A stretch of DNA of 64,000 nt from Chthonomonadales bacterium (GTDB lineage Bacteria; Armatimonadota; Chthonomonadetes; Chthonomonadales; CAJBBX01), in NCBI GenBank assembly GCA_049967475.1, contig JBMFSQ010000006.1, positions 18,430 to 82,429 of the forward strand, in the 5' to 3' direction. Numbering within the stretch: the stretch's first letter is position 1; each line of letters opens with the position of its first letter. Under the pieces are notes generated by a model. The model made no database searches, was not told the origin of the DNA, and saw only the letters and a list, made by a program, of their open reading frames with translations. Shown here in pieces: positions 50,215 to 60,948 of the stretch. The position numbers were made by a program, and so were the translations under genes.

Positions 50215-50778
50215 ATGGGTTTCATCAACGAGTACTTCGCCGGCCTTAAGCGGCTGGTGGACGAGGTCAACGAACAGGAGGTTGTGCGCCTTGTAGAGAA
50301 GCTCGAGCGCATCTGGAGAGAAGGAGGGCACGTGCTGCTCATGGGAAACGGAGGGAGTGCCGCAACAGCCTCTCACATCGTCAACGACCTGCAAAAGTGC
50401 ATCCATTTGGAATCGGGCAAACCGCTCAAGGCGCTGTGCCTTTCGGACTGCACACCCCTCCTGATGGCTTGGGCTAATGACACGGAATACGCCAACATCT
50501 TTGCGCCGCAGGTGGAGTGCTGGGCGGGCCCGGGAGACCTGGCCATCGGGATCAGCGGCAGCGGCAATTCACCCAATGTGATCCGCGGTATCGAAGTGGC
50601 CAATGCCCGAGGGGCGGACACCTTCGGACTGGCAGGGTATCGCGGCGGCAAGCTGGTGCACGTGGCCAAGGAGTGCATCGTCGTGCGCAGTGAAAACATG
50701 CAGCAGATCGAAGACGTGCATATGATCCTGCTCCATACTGCCTTTTCCGCGCTTCGCGACCGCATCCGCACAGCCTGA
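50215..50778 (+). CDS. gmhA: Phosphoheptose isomerase (SIS domain)
   Basis: Motifs GNGGSAATASH, AWAND, ISGSGNSPNV, QIEDVH. Confidence 0.82.
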   Translation: MGFINEYFAGLKRLVDEVNEQEVVRLVEKLERIWREGGHVLLMGNGGSAATASHIVNDLQKCIHLESGKPLKALCLSDCTPLLMAWANDTEYANIFAPQVECWAGPGDLAIGISGSGNSPNVIRGIEVANARGADTFGLAGYRGGKLVHVAKECIVVRSENMQQIEDVHMILLHTAFSALRDRIRTA

Positions 50779-50786
50779 CGAGGCCA

Positions 50787-51452
50787 ATGAACTTGCGCAC
50801 GCGGGAGCTTGGGCTCGAAAACGAACGGAACGACCCGGAAGGGTTTGATGGGCGGCTGGAGAAGGCATCGGGATCGGCAGAAACGTTGGCCTTGCGCCCC
50901 GCGGTGTTTCTGGACCGGGATGGTGTGCTGAACGCCGAGAGATCGGACTTCATAAAGTGCCCCGCGGAACTAAAAATCTTTCCGTTTGTTGGACGTTCCA
51001 TCGCCCGGCTCAACCAGGCGGGCTATGCGGTTGTAGTGGTCAGCAATCAGAGCGGCCTTGCCCGCGGCCTTTTCTCGACGGAGGATTTGGCAGCCATGGA
51101 ACGCAAGCTCCGCCGCAATGTAGACCGTGCAGGCGGGCACATCGAAGGGTTCTATTACTGCCCGCATCTTCCCCAGGCCGGCTGCCAGTGCAGGAAGCCC
51201 GCACCGGGAATGCTTCTTCAGGCAGCGCGCGAGTTGCGCCTGGACCTCGCTCGGAGCTTTATGATCGGGGATCGGCCCCATGACATTCAGGCCGGTGCGG
51301 AAGCCGGCTGCCGGACCGTCCTCGTGCTTACGGGCCGCACTTCGTGCGCCGATCTGAAGGAGTTTGGGGTGCTGCCCGGCGCCGTTTGTACCACGCTCGC
51401 TTCTGCTGTGGAGGGCATACTGGCAGGTCCCTTCGCCGGGGACCGGAGCTGA
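50787..51452 (+). CDS. gmhB: D-glycero-D-manno-heptose 1,7-bisphosphate phosphatase (HAD)
   Basis: Motifs FLDRDGVLN, SNQSG, CPH..C.CRKP.PGM, MIGD...D. Confidence 0.88.
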   Translation: MNLRTRELGLENERNDPEGFDGRLEKASGSAETLALRPAVFLDRDGVLNAERSDFIKCPAELKIFPFVGRSIARLNQAGYAVVVVSNQSGLARGLFSTEDLAAMERKLRRNVDRAGGHIEGFYYCPHLPQAGCQCRKPAPGMLLQAARELRLDLARSFMIGDRPHDIQAGAEAGCRTVLVLTGRTSCADLKEFGVLPGAVCTTLASAVEGILAGPFAGDRS

Positions 51453-51551
51453 GCGAATGCCCGTGTGGGGCACGCCTGGCTGCGCGTGGTTCACCCGAGG
51501 TATAATCATATCAGACACCGGTAACGGCGTGTGCGGAGAGAGGTTCAAGCG

Positions 51552-52448
51552 ATGGAAGTGCTGGAAGCGCAGAAGGCTACCTGGCGAACCAAGGTAGGCC
51601 TTGCGGAGATGCTGAAGGGCGGCGTCATCATGGATGTGGTGACGCCCGAGCATGCTGTGATCGCAGAAGAGGCCGGAGCCGTCGCCGTGATGGCTCTTGA
51701 ACGCGTTCCGGCGGATATCCGGGCGACGGGCGGCGTGGCCCGCATGTCGGATCCGAAGATGATCAAGGAGATCATGCAGGCCGTAACCATCCCCGTGATG
51801 GCGAAGGCGCGCATCGGTCACTTCGTGGAAGCGCAGATCCTCGAAGCCCTTGGTGTGGATTTCATAGATGAGAGCGAGGTGCTCACGCCGGCCGACGAAC
51901 AGTTCCACATCAACAAGCACGCGTTCAAAGTTCCCTTTGTGTGCGGCTGCCGCGATTTGGGTGAAGCATTGCGGCGCATCGGCGAAGGCGCAGCGATGAT
52001 CCGCACGAAGGGCGAAGCCGGCACGGGAAATGTGGTGGAAGCCGTCCGCCACATGCGCGCCGTGATGGGAGGCATCCGCCGGCTTCAATCCATGCCTGAA
52101 GAAGAGCTCATGACGGCCGCCAAGGAACTACAGGCCCCTTACGACCTTGTGGTGGAGGTGCATCGCACCGGCAAGTTGCCCGTTCCCAACTTCTCCGCAG
52201 GAGGGATTGCTACGCCTGCGGATGCCGCGCTCATGCGGCAACTCGGCGCAGAAGCAATCTTCGTGGGATCGGGCATCTTCAAATCCTCGGATCCCAAGGC
52301 GCGTGCTAAGGCCATCGTCACCGCGTGCACCTATTACGATCGGCCCGACATCCTCGCAGAGGTGTCTACCGGGTTGGGTGAGGCGATGCAATCGCTGGAC
52401 GTGCGGAAGCTGGACGAGAAAGAGCTCATGGCCGTGAGGGGCTGGTGA
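51552..52448 (+). CDS. pdxS: Pyridoxal 5'-phosphate synthase lyase subunit
   Basis: Motifs [53 protein letters not shown]-terminal RGW. Confidence 0.97.
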   Translation: MEVLEAQKATWRTKVGLAEMLKGGVIMDVVTPEHAVIAEEAGAVAVMALERVPADIRATGGVARMSDPKMIKEIMQAVTIPVMAKARIGHFVEAQILEALGVDFIDESEVLTPADEQFHINKHAFKVPFVCGCRDLGEALRRIGEGAAMIRTKGEAGTGNVVEAVRHMRAVMGGIRRLQSMPEEELMTAAKELQAPYDLVVEVHRTGKLPVPNFSAGGIATPADAALMRQLGAEAIFVGSGIFKSSDPKARAKAIVTACTYYDRPDILAEVSTGLGEAMQSLDVRKLDEKELMAVRGW

Positions 52449-53488
52449 TGCCGCGCTTCGCGGGGGTGTTACGCCCAGCGGTATGGCGTACCCTTATCGC
52501 CGTGCCTGCCCTCGCGGCCGCCAGCGCGGCGATCCACGCGGCGCCGGGTGCCCAGCCAAAACCGATTGTGGTGCGGGTGATGGTTCTCAACTTCGACCCG
52601 CGAATTCCCTTCGAGGGCGGCCGCCGGCTCCACGAGGTATGCCACTGGAACGATCCCCGCAAACTGGCGGAAGGGTATATGCAGGACGTAAAGGAGGCAA
52701 GCCACGGCCTCGTGCGCTACCGCATCGTTCGGTGGCTGGATGTGGATGCATTCCACACGAAGGTAGACGGTTTCACCTATACCCCTGAAGAGTTCATGGC
52801 GTGCTACCGGGCCGGCAAGGGATGGCATCAACCCGACGCGGCAGATTATCCCAAGACCTTCCGCGACTTCGGCGTGCTGCCCCTGGTGGATGCCCACAAG
52901 GTGGACGAGGTGTGGTTTTTCGGCGCCCCGTACTTCGGGTACAGCGAGTCGGCCATGGCCGGGCCCGGCGCGTTCTACATCAATGGAGAGGTCTACCCGA
53001 ACGTTCCCTCCAAGCGCGCCTTCGCGATCATGGGCTTCAACTATGAGCGCGGCGTGGCAGAGATGCTTCATGACCTCTGCCACCGTACGGAGAGCACCAT
53101 GACGCGCATTTATGGCGGATGGGAGGCAGATCGCCTCACCACCAACTGGGCGCGATTTGCGGCAAACGATGTTCAGTCCCACGGTGTAGCGGCCGTGGGT
53201 ACGTGCCATTGGCCTCCGAATGCGGAACATGATTACGATTACGCCAACCCACGCATCGTACAAAGTTCCGCGGACGATTGGCTGAACTATCCGCATCTCT
53301 CCGGCTCGACGAAGCCCGTGTCTTGTGCCACATGGGGAGGCCCCGACTATCAGCGCAATTATATGAAATGGTGGTTCTTCCACTTGCCCCATACCGCCGG
53401 CGTCAATTCTGATGGCCGCCTCAACAATTGGTGGGAGTACGTCTTCAACTTCAACAAATACGATGAACAAGGGCGGCCCCGCCCGTAG
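52448..53488 (+). CDS. Secreted hypothetical protein with a putative metal-binding HxxxHxxE motif
   Basis: TGATG overlap with the pdxS stop, signal peptide, MGFNYERGVAEMLHDLCHRTES, aromatic-rich sequence. Confidence 0.7.
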   Translation: MPRFAGVLRPAVWRTLIAVPALAAASAAIHAAPGAQPKPIVVRVMVLNFDPRIPFEGGRRLHEVCHWNDPRKLAEGYMQDVKEASHGLVRYRIVRWLDVDAFHTKVDGFTYTPEEFMACYRAGKGWHQPDAADYPKTFRDFGVLPLVDAHKVDEVWFFGAPYFGYSESAMAGPGAFYINGEVYPNVPSKRAFAIMGFNYERGVAEMLHDLCHRTESTMTRIYGGWEADRLTTNWARFAANDVQSHGVAAVGTCHWPPNAEHDYDYANPRIVQSSADDWLNYPHLSGSTKPVSCATWGGPDYQRNYMKWWFFHLPHTAGVNSDGRLNNWWEYVFNFNKYDEQGRPRP

Positions 53489-53541
53489 AGGCGCACCACT
53501 GCCGTACCCGCGCCGCAGCCTGAACACGAGGTGGTTCTCGC

Positions 53542-56229
53542 ATGAACAATGAACGCTCCGGCCAGCCTTTGACGCCTTCCAGCGTCCCAGAGCCCCAAAG
53601 GTATCAGGCGTACGTCGTGTCCCATACCCATTGGGATCGGGAATGGTACTGTACGTTCCAGGTGTTCCGGATGCGCCTCGTTCAGATGATGGACGAGTTG
53701 CTGGACTTGCTGGACCGCGATCCTGAGTACCGGCATTTCTATTGGGATGGGCAAACCGTTGTGATCTCCGATTACCTCGAGGTGCGTCCGGAGAATGCGG
53801 AGCGGCTCCGGCGGGCATTCGCATCCGGCAGGCTCTATACAGGTCCGTGGTTCATACAGCCGGACGAATTCCTGGTGAGCGGCGAGGCCATCATCCGGAA
53901 CCTGTTGCGTGGCCGATCCGATTGCCGGGCATGGGGAACAGGAGCGGCTGTGGGTTATGCTCCCGATGCCTTCGGCCACACGAGCCAGATGCCGCAGATC
54001 CTCAGAGGCTTCGGGATAGATAACGCGGTTCTCTTCCGCGGCGTTACCACCGATCAGGTGGATGCAGAGTTCTTGTGGCGCGCACCCGACGGCAGCGAAG
54101 TTCTTTGCATCAAGATGCCGGATAACAACGCCTACAGCAACTTCTTCTACCGCTTCCGGGACACGCTGGCGGACACGGATCGGGGCGTGCCCCTGGATCC
54201 GGAGCGCGTGGCCCGTGAAGCCCGCGAGCTTCTGGAGGATTGCATCCGTGAGCGACCCACCACTCCAAACCTCCTCTGGATGGATGGCGTGGATCATATC
54301 TTTGCTCAACCTAGAACGCCGGAGATCATCAGGCTTGTGAACGAGCGACTGGGGGATCGGGTGCATGCGCTTCATTCGACGCTCCCCGCGTTTGTCGAGG
54401 CGGTGAAGGCAGCCGGTCCCACGCTGAAGACGCTGGAAGGCGAACTGAGGATGAGCAACCGGGCGTGGAAATTGCAGGCTTTGCTTGCGCATACGGCGTC
54501 CTCCCGAATGCATCTCAAACAGCTCAACCACGCCTGCGAGACGCTTCTGGAGAAATGGGTAGAACCTTGGTGTTCCATTGGGTGGGTGCTCGGCCGCGAG
54601 TATCCCGCCGGGCTTTTGGGCGAGGCGTGGCGCCAGCTTCTTCTCAATCAGCCCCACGATTCGATCTGCGGGTGTTCGGTGGACGCCGTACACCGAGATA
54701 TGCTTCCTCGCTACGAGCAATGCCGGCAGATCGGGCACAAACTTGCAGCAGATGCCCTTGATTGGATTGCCGGCCGGGTGGACACGCAGCGTCAATCCCC
54801 GCCGGATGCGACGAGCGCCCTCATTGTATTCAATCCCCTTGCGTGGGATCGAGAGGGCGAAGAGGTCGAGGCCGTGGTGGAGCTTCCGCATGATGGAGTG
54901 GTCGAAGATCTCACCGTTCTGGACGCCGAGGGCTGCCAAGTGCCGTCTGCGGTTGAGCGTCTTCAGGATTGCGTTAGGCTGACCCAAGCACCGCACGACA
55001 TTCCCGTCGCGGCCGGCCTGCGGCGGTGGCGCGTCCGCTTTCTTGCCGGTGCGCCTTCCCTCGGATATCGCGCCTACTACCTGGCCGGCGGATCCGGGCA
55101 AACGGCGGAGGGTCTCACCGCCGAGGGCAATGTCATCGAGAACGCGACGTTGCGGGTGGAGGCGAAGGGAGACGGAACGGTGACCCTCCTTCACAAAGCT
55201 ACTGGGAGGGTATTTGAAGGAGCTTTTGCCTTCGAAGACGGCGGAGACGTTGGCGACGGATATAATTACGTTCCGCCGGCGCAGGACCGTGTGCTTCTCT
55301 CCTCGGCCGCCGTGGAAGCCCGCATCGAGGCGCGACGAAGGCCCACGCGCGCCGACTTGAGTATCCAATTCGATTTTGCGGTACCGGCGCGGCATGAGGA
55401 TGATGGGCGTTCTACAGACACAGAGGCACTGATGATCTCCCTCACCCTGACCCTGCTCCCCACATCGCCGCGGCTGGATGCCCGCATTGACGTGGTGAAC
55501 CGGGCGAAGGACCATCGCCTCCGCGTGCTGTTTCCATCGGGGTGTATACACGCGGCCACCTATGCGGTGGAACAGGCCTTCGATATCGTGACGCGGCCCG
55601 TAACGATACCGGATTGCCCAGATTGGAAGGAACCCATTCCCCGTACCGGGCCCCAGAAAACCTTCGTGGATGTGGAAGATGCCTCCGGTGGTCTTTGCGT
55701 GATCAATATGGGTCTTCCTGAAGTGGAGGTCATGGATGACGTGCATCGGACTGTTGCGGTGACGCTCCTAAGGTGCACCGGTCATGGTGTGGGTGCTCCG
55801 GAGGATCAGGAAGAAGGACAGATGTTGGGGCGGCACGTTTTTCACCTCTCCCTGCTGCCCCACACCCAGGGGAGGGAAGATCAGCGGATTTGGCGCCATG
55901 CCCACGCCTTCAATGCCGGATTGCAGTGCCGCCAAACGGGCATCCATGGAGGGCAGTGGGGCTCAGAACGGTCCTTCCTCCGATGCGACCCGGCAGATCT
56001 TGTTGTGACCGCCGTCAAGCGAAGCGAAGATGGGCACTCGCTGGTGGTGCGGGCGGTGAATTACGGATCCGGCACTGCGCACGGGGCATTGCGCACGAGT
56101 TTGCCCGTGCAGGGCGCCTCGTCAGGGCGCTTGGACGAAACGACGGTTGCGCCGCTCGAGTTTGGCGAAGGTGTGGTTCGAATGACGGTGCCCACCCGGC
56201 GCATCGTCACTCTGCTGCTCGCGCATTAG
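53542..56229 (+). CDS. Glycoside hydrolase family 38 alpha-mannosidase (MngB-like)
   Basis: Motifs HTHWDREWY, DGQ, GPWF.QPDEFL.SGEA, PDAFGH (nucleophile), NQPHDSICGCSVD, GDVGDGYNY. Confidence 0.92.
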   Translation: MNNERSGQPLTPSSVPEPQRYQAYVVSHTHWDREWYCTFQVFRMRLVQMMDELLDLLDRDPEYRHFYWDGQTVVISDYLEVRPENAERLRRAFASGRLYTGPWFIQPDEFLVSGEAIIRNLLRGRSDCRAWGTGAAVGYAPDAFGHTSQMPQILRGFGIDNAVLFRGVTTDQVDAEFLWRAPDGSEVLCIKMPDNNAYSNFFYRFRDTLADTDRGVPLDPERVAREARELLEDCIRERPTTPNLLWMDGVDHIFAQPRTPEIIRLVNERLGDRVHALHSTLPAFVEAVKAAGPTLKTLEGELRMSNRAWKLQALLAHTASSRMHLKQLNHACETLLEKWVEPWCSIGWVLGREYPAGLLGEAWRQLLLNQPHDSICGCSVDAVHRDMLPRYEQCRQIGHKLAADALDWIAGRVDTQRQSPPDATSALIVFNPLAWDREGEEVEAVVELPHDGVVEDLTVLDAEGCQVPSAVERLQDCVRLTQAPHDIPVAAGLRRWRVRFLAGAPSLGYRAYYLAGGSGQTAEGLTAEGNVIENATLRVEAKGDGTVTLLHKATGRVFEGAFAFEDGGDVGDGYNYVPPAQDRVLLSSAAVEARIEARRRPTRADLSIQFDFAVPARHEDDGRSTDTEALMISLTLTLLPTSPRLDARIDVVNRAKDHRLRVLFPSGCIHAATYAVEQAFDIVTRPVTIPDCPDWKEPIPRTGPQKTFVDVEDASGGLCVINMGLPEVEVMDDVHRTVAVTLLRCTGHGVGAPEDQEEGQMLGRHVFHLSLLPHTQGREDQRIWRHAHAFNAGLQCRQTGIHGGQWGSERSFLRCDPADLVVTAVKRSEDGHSLVVRAVNYGSGTAHGALRTSLPVQGASSGRLDETTVAPLEFGEGVVRMTVPTRRIVTLLLAH

Positions 56230-56247
56230 CGTACCCTGTAGGCCGCC

Positions 56248-58674
56248 ATGGGATCTTCCAGCCGCCGTGATCTCTTTTGTGTGGTTCTTCTTGCGGCGGC
56301 AACGTGTGCCCTGTGGGGCCCTGCCATCATTACCGGGCGGGTGCTGTTGCCGGCGGACATCGTTCCCCTCATGCCTCCGTGGGCAGCCACTGCCCGCGAG
56401 CGTTTTCCCGAATACCGGTTTGCCCAGAACCAGCTCCACGGACCTATCTTCGAATACTACTCGTGGCGTTATTACGCGCGCCAGCGTCTGCGGCTAGGCG
56501 AGATCCCCCTTTGGAACCCTTACGAACTTACCGGCAATGTTCTTCTGGCCAACAGTCAATCCGCCGTTCTGTATCCCCCCAACATCCTGCTGGATGTGCT
56601 TCCGCTGTGGGTGGGTGTGAACCTGGTAACGGCCCTCCACACATTCCTGACCGGGCTCTTCCTTTTTGCCTTCCTCCGAGGATTGGGTCTTTCTCGCCCG
56701 GCATCCCTAACGGGCGCCCTCGTTTGGATGTTCTGCGGCCTGCAGATCGTGTGGACCGAATTCCAGACGCCTACCGCGGCGCTCTGCTGGATGCCCGCAA
56801 TGCTGTTGGCTTGGCAGCGATACCTTCGCACGCGCGATCCGAAATGGGCAGTTCTTGGGGGCGGGGGCGCCATCGCACTCTCATTGCTGGCCGGCCACTT
56901 GCAATTCACGTTTTATGCAGTGCTGGCCTTTGTGCTCTACGGAATAGGCACCAGTCTTCTCGACGCACAGCACAACCGGACCGGCGGTCCTGTGCGCAGG
57001 GCGGCGCTGGGAGTGTGGTGGACGGGTGCGGCGGTGCTGTTCGGAATGGCTCTTTCCATGGCAACGATGCTTCCGGTGATGGAAATGAGCCGGATGAACT
57101 TCCGCGGTTCAGACACGAGCTATCGCGCATCCATTGCGTTGCGGCTTCCTCCCGAGAACCTGTTCATGCTCGTTCAACCGAACCTTTTCGGCAACCCGCG
57201 CGATTATGCGGAATTGGATGCCGAGGGACGGCCTGCGGACGGTCATCCCTATTGGGGCTCCTTCGACTTCATTGAATATACGGCGTACTTGGGCATCCCT
57301 GGCCTCATGCTGGCTCTCATCGGAGCCGTGGTACAGGGCACCCGTTCGCCCGCTGATCGGGCGCTGATGGTTCTGCTTGCATTGCTTGGCCTGGCTCTTG
57401 CTTTGGGGACCCCCATATGTGCGCTCTTCTACTACGGCGTGCCGGGATATAGGCAGTTCCATGCCACTGCACGAGCGCTCTGCCTGTTCAGCTTTGGCGG
57501 GGCAGCGCTTGCCGCCTTCGGGGTTGAAGCCATCCAGACACGCCTTGGCGCCTGGAACCGCCGTATGGTTGCCGCTGCGCTGGGGAGTGTGGTGGTGGCC
57601 GGCATGGTGGCATTCCCGGGTATGGGCCTGGTTTGGCGGCGTCTGTTCACAGATCAGTGGTTCTATTATGAGATCGCCGGCGCCGAGCGGTTTGCGGCAT
57701 TCGCCTTGCTCGCCATTGGACTGATTGCTGCCGCCCTTAGTCTTAAAAATGATCGGGCGCGCCGCGCAGTGCTCTGGCTGCTGCCTGTACTCTGTGCCGC
57801 TGATCTCTTGGCCTGGGGATGGCGCTTCAATCCGGCCACGGATCCCGGCATGCTCGGATATCCCACGCAGACGACGGATTTCCTGAAGCAGGCAGGGGCA
57901 GATCGTGTGGTGTCTCTTGAAACGCCGGGAAGGGGCATCAAGAGCTTCATTGTGCCCAACTATAACGCAGTCTGCGGCTACCGCGAGATCCAGGGGGCGG
58001 ATTCGTTGCATACATCTCTCATCCATCGCGTCCTGGAGCATGTGGTACGGGCCATGGATCCTTCGAGGAACCCGCCTTTCCCCGATCCCAACACCCTCCA
58101 TGTGCCGTCCGTCACCAATCCGCTCTTCGACCTGCTGAATATGAAGTACGTGGTAACCCAGTCCAATCTGGATCCCGCGCGCTTCCCCAAGGTTTTGGAT
58201 GCCGAGATGGCCATCTACCGCAATCCTCGAGCCCTCGGACCGGCGTGGGTAGTGAACCGGGAGGAACCCGAGACGAATCTAGACGCCGCGTTGGACCGGA
58301 TCACGAGTGCAGACTTCGACCCTCGCCATACGGCTCTCGTAAGCGGGAGGGCCGGCCCTTTAGACCCCAATGCGGCACAGGCGCAGGTGAGGCTGGTCCG
58401 TTTCGCGCCGCACCGGTTGGAGATGGATGTGTCGTTGCCGGGACGGGGCTTGCTCGTGGTGTCTGAGCCTTTCTTCCCAGGATGGCGGGCTACCGTAGAT
58501 GGGCATGCCGCAGGTATCCTGAGAGTAGATGTCCTTCTGCGGGGGGTTGAAGTAGGGCCGGGCCGGCATCGGGTCGTACTGGTCTATGACCCGATATCGT
58601 ATCGGCTTGGGCTTTATATCAGCCTCTGCGCTCTAGGAGCAGCGCTTTGCTGGATGACCTTTAGAGGCAGGTAA
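56248..58674 (+). CDS. YfhO-family polytopic membrane protein (GT-C-type glycosyltransferase)
   Basis: PLWNPY..G..LLAN.QS.VLYP, AGHLQ, many TM helices, C-terminal FFPGWRATVDG...G.H.V.L.Y.P. Confidence 0.85.
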   Translation: MGSSSRRDLFCVVLLAAATCALWGPAIITGRVLLPADIVPLMPPWAATARERFPEYRFAQNQLHGPIFEYYSWRYYARQRLRLGEIPLWNPYELTGNVLLANSQSAVLYPPNILLDVLPLWVGVNLVTALHTFLTGLFLFAFLRGLGLSRPASLTGALVWMFCGLQIVWTEFQTPTAALCWMPAMLLAWQRYLRTRDPKWAVLGGGGAIALSLLAGHLQFTFYAVLAFVLYGIGTSLLDAQHNRTGGPVRRAALGVWWTGAAVLFGMALSMATMLPVMEMSRMNFRGSDTSYRASIALRLPPENLFMLVQPNLFGNPRDYAELDAEGRPADGHPYWGSFDFIEYTAYLGIPGLMLALIGAVVQGTRSPADRALMVLLALLGLALALGTPICALFYYGVPGYRQFHATARALCLFSFGGAALAAFGVEAIQTRLGAWNRRMVAAALGSVVVAGMVAFPGMGLVWRRLFTDQWFYYEIAGAERFAAFALLAIGLIAAALSLKNDRARRAVLWLLPVLCAADLLAWGWRFNPATDPGMLGYPTQTTDFLKQAGADRVVSLETPGRGIKSFIVPNYNAVCGYREIQGADSLHTSLIHRVLEHVVRAMDPSRNPPFPDPNTLHVPSVTNPLFDLLNMKYVVTQSNLDPARFPKVLDAEMAIYRNPRALGPAWVVNREEPETNLDAALDRITSADFDPRHTALVSGRAGPLDPNAAQAQVRLVRFAPHRLEMDVSLPGRGLLVVSEPFFPGWRATVDGHAAGILRVDVLLRGVEVGPGRHRVVLVYDPISYRLGLYISLCALGAALCWMTFRGR

Positions 58675-58791
58675 GTTCGGCGGAGCTGAGCGTACCGGTG
58701 TGGTCGGCAGGAGGTAGAAGGAACTCGACGATATGCTGGTGGCTGGGTCCGACGATATTCAGCCAGGCAGAGGAGGAGACGGAGCAGAGCA

Positions 58792-60948
58792 ATGGCACTG
58801 GAATTGTTGGAGGATCTTTGGAACGACGCTGAAGCAGCGGGATTGGACGAGCCCGAACTGCTGCGATACCGCTCCAATCTTTTGGGAAGAGACCTGCGCC
58901 TCACGAACTTTGGCGGCGGGAACACTTCGGCCAAAGTGCCGATGGCAGACCCCGTAACGGGTGGCACGGTGGAAGTCCTGTGGGTAAAGGGGAGTGGAGG
59001 CGACTTGGGCACCATCACCCGGGAAGGCTTCGCTACGCTCTACATGGACCGTTTGCGGGCTCTGCGGGCGCGTTACCGAGGTGTTGAAGAAGAGGACGCC
59101 ATGGCTTTGATGTATCCCCTCTGCACGTTCGGCGCCAATCCGCGGGCTGCGTCTATTGACACACCCCTCCATGCGTTCCTGCCGTTCCGGCACGTAGATC
59201 ATCTCCATCCCGATTGGGCGATTGCGCTGGCGGCTGCGGCCAACGGCCAGGCACACTTGGAGAGGCTGTATGCGGAAACCGGCGTTCGGCTGCGCTGGAT
59301 CCCCTGGAAGCGGCCAGGCTTCGAGCTTGCGGTGTGGCTCGAGCGGGCCATTCAAGAGGATCCCGCAGCGGACGGCTTCCTTCTGGCATCTCATGGTCTG
59401 TTCACCTGGGGCGATACCGCGCGCGACAGCTACCGCAACACCCTTAGGGTGCTGGATGCCGTCGGGCGATATGTCACAAGACGGGTGGACGCGCGGGCTT
59501 CGCGCCTTTTCGGTGGGGCGAGCGTCGCCGTACGATCCGATGCGACGGCCCTGGTCCGTGCGGTGGTCCCGGCACTCCGCGGCCGAATGGGAGGGCCCAT
59601 AGCTCATTTCGACGGGCGGCCGGAGGTTTTGCGTTTCGTGAACAGCGTGCGGGCGAAGGCCCTGGCTTGGCAGGGAACGAGCTGCCCGGACCACTTTGTG
59701 CGCACGAAGGTTCGGCCTTTGTTTGTGGAGTGGGACGCTGCCTCGGGAGATGGCGCCCGCCTCCTGCGCGCAGCGCTCGCCGGCCTCGACGCTTACCGCT
59801 TGGAGTACGCCGCATACTACGAGGCGCATCGGAGGCCGGATAGCCCGCCCATGCGTTCTGCCGACCCTACCGTGGTGCTGATCCCAGGCGTTGGGATGCT
59901 CAGCTTTGGGCGCTCCAAGCCCGAGGCGCGCATCACTGGGGAGTTCTACGTGAATGCAATCCATGTGATGGAGGGGGCCACTTCCCTCGCGGATGAGGGC
60001 GGCGGGGATGCGCCGGGAATTGTGGATAATTACGTGGCATTGCCGCCGGAAGAAGCCTTCAACATCGAATATTGGAGCTTGGAGGAAGCGAAGCTCCGGA
60101 GGCTTCCGCCTGAGAAGGAACTCAGCCGCAAAATCGCGCTGGTAGTGGGGGCGAGCCCCGGCATTGGCCGTGCCATCTGTCAGCGCCTTGCAAAAGAAGG
60201 GGCGCACGTGGTAGCGGCGGACGTAAACCCTCGCATGGCTGAGGCGGCCGCGGAAGCCGCCCAGGCCGTGGCTGGAAAGGAAGCCGCGGCAGCAATGCAA
60301 GTGGATGCCACGGACCGCAGATCGGTAACGGAACTGTTGGACCGGGTGGTAGCCCTGTTCGGAGGCGTGGATATTTTTGTGTACGTGGCTGCGGTATTCT
60401 TCCCTCCTGCTGAGAATGGCCGTACTACCGACGACGAATGGCGGAAGACGCTGGATGTGAACCTCACCGGGGCCATGATTGTTGCGGACGAGACCTGGCG
60501 CGTGATGGCGGAACAGGGCACTGACGGATCCGTGGTGTTCATCAGCTCGGCCAACGGTGTCGTCGCCAAACGGGGAAGCTGGGCCTACGATGTGAGCAAG
60601 GCAGCCCTCAACCACTTGACACGAGAAATGGCGATTGAATGCGCTCCCAGGGTCCGTGTGAACGCCGTCGCTCCAGCCAGCGTGGTTGATGGGTCGGTTC
60701 AGTTCCCTCGGGAGCGCGTGATCAGCTCGCTATCCAAGTACAATATCCCCTTCGACCCGGCAGAGACTACAGAACAGCTCCGGAATCGGCTGGCGGACTA
60801 CTACGCGGGCCGCAGCCTGCTCAAACGCAGGGTAACGCCGGCTGATGTCGCCGAGGCGGTGTTTCTCGTGGCGTCCGGGCGGCTGGCGGCCACAACCGGG
60901 CAGATTATCCCCGTGGACGGCGGGCTGACTGAGGCATTCCTGCGATGA
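58792..60948 (+). CDS. rhaD: Bifunctional rhamnulose-1-phosphate aldolase/short-chain dehydrogenase (RhaEW-type)
   Basis: Aldolase motifs RSNLLG.D..TNFGGGNTS.K, KGSGGDL, SIDTPLH, HLHPD, CPDHFVRTK, EYWSLEEAKL. SDR half has GASPGIG and YDVSK. Confidence 0.92.
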   Translation: MALELLEDLWNDAEAAGLDEPELLRYRSNLLGRDLRLTNFGGGNTSAKVPMADPVTGGTVEVLWVKGSGGDLGTITREGFATLYMDRLRALRARYRGVEEEDAMALMYPLCTFGANPRAASIDTPLHAFLPFRHVDHLHPDWAIALAAAANGQAHLERLYAETGVRLRWIPWKRPGFELAVWLERAIQEDPAADGFLLASHGLFTWGDTARDSYRNTLRVLDAVGRYVTRRVDARASRLFGGASVAVRSDATALVRAVVPALRGRMGGPIAHFDGRPEVLRFVNSVRAKALAWQGTSCPDHFVRTKVRPLFVEWDAASGDGARLLRAALAGLDAYRLEYAAYYEAHRRPDSPPMRSADPTVVLIPGVGMLSFGRSKPEARITGEFYVNAIHVMEGATSLADEGGGDAPGIVDNYVALPPEEAFNIEYWSLEEAKLRRLPPEKELSRKIALVVGASPGIGRAICQRLAKEGAHVVAADVNPRMAEAAAEAAQAVAGKEAAAAMQVDATDRRSVTELLDRVVALFGGVDIFVYVAAVFFPPAENGRTTDDEWRKTLDVNLTGAMIVADETWRVMAEQGTDGSVVFISSANGVVAKRGSWAYDVSKAALNHLTREMAIECAPRVRVNAVAPASVVDGSVQFPRERVISSLSKYNIPFDPAETTEQLRNRLADYYAGRSLLKRRVTPADVAEAVFLVASGRLAATTGQIIPVDGGLTEAFLR

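Noticed and set aside
53359..55746. 795-aa antisense ORF
   Set aside because: Lies opposite the GH38 gene and has no recognisable motifs. Long shadow ORFs are expected in GC-rich coding DNA.
58759..60615. 618-aa antisense ORF
   Set aside because: Shadow of the aldolase/SDR gene, with no independent RBS, promoter or motifs.
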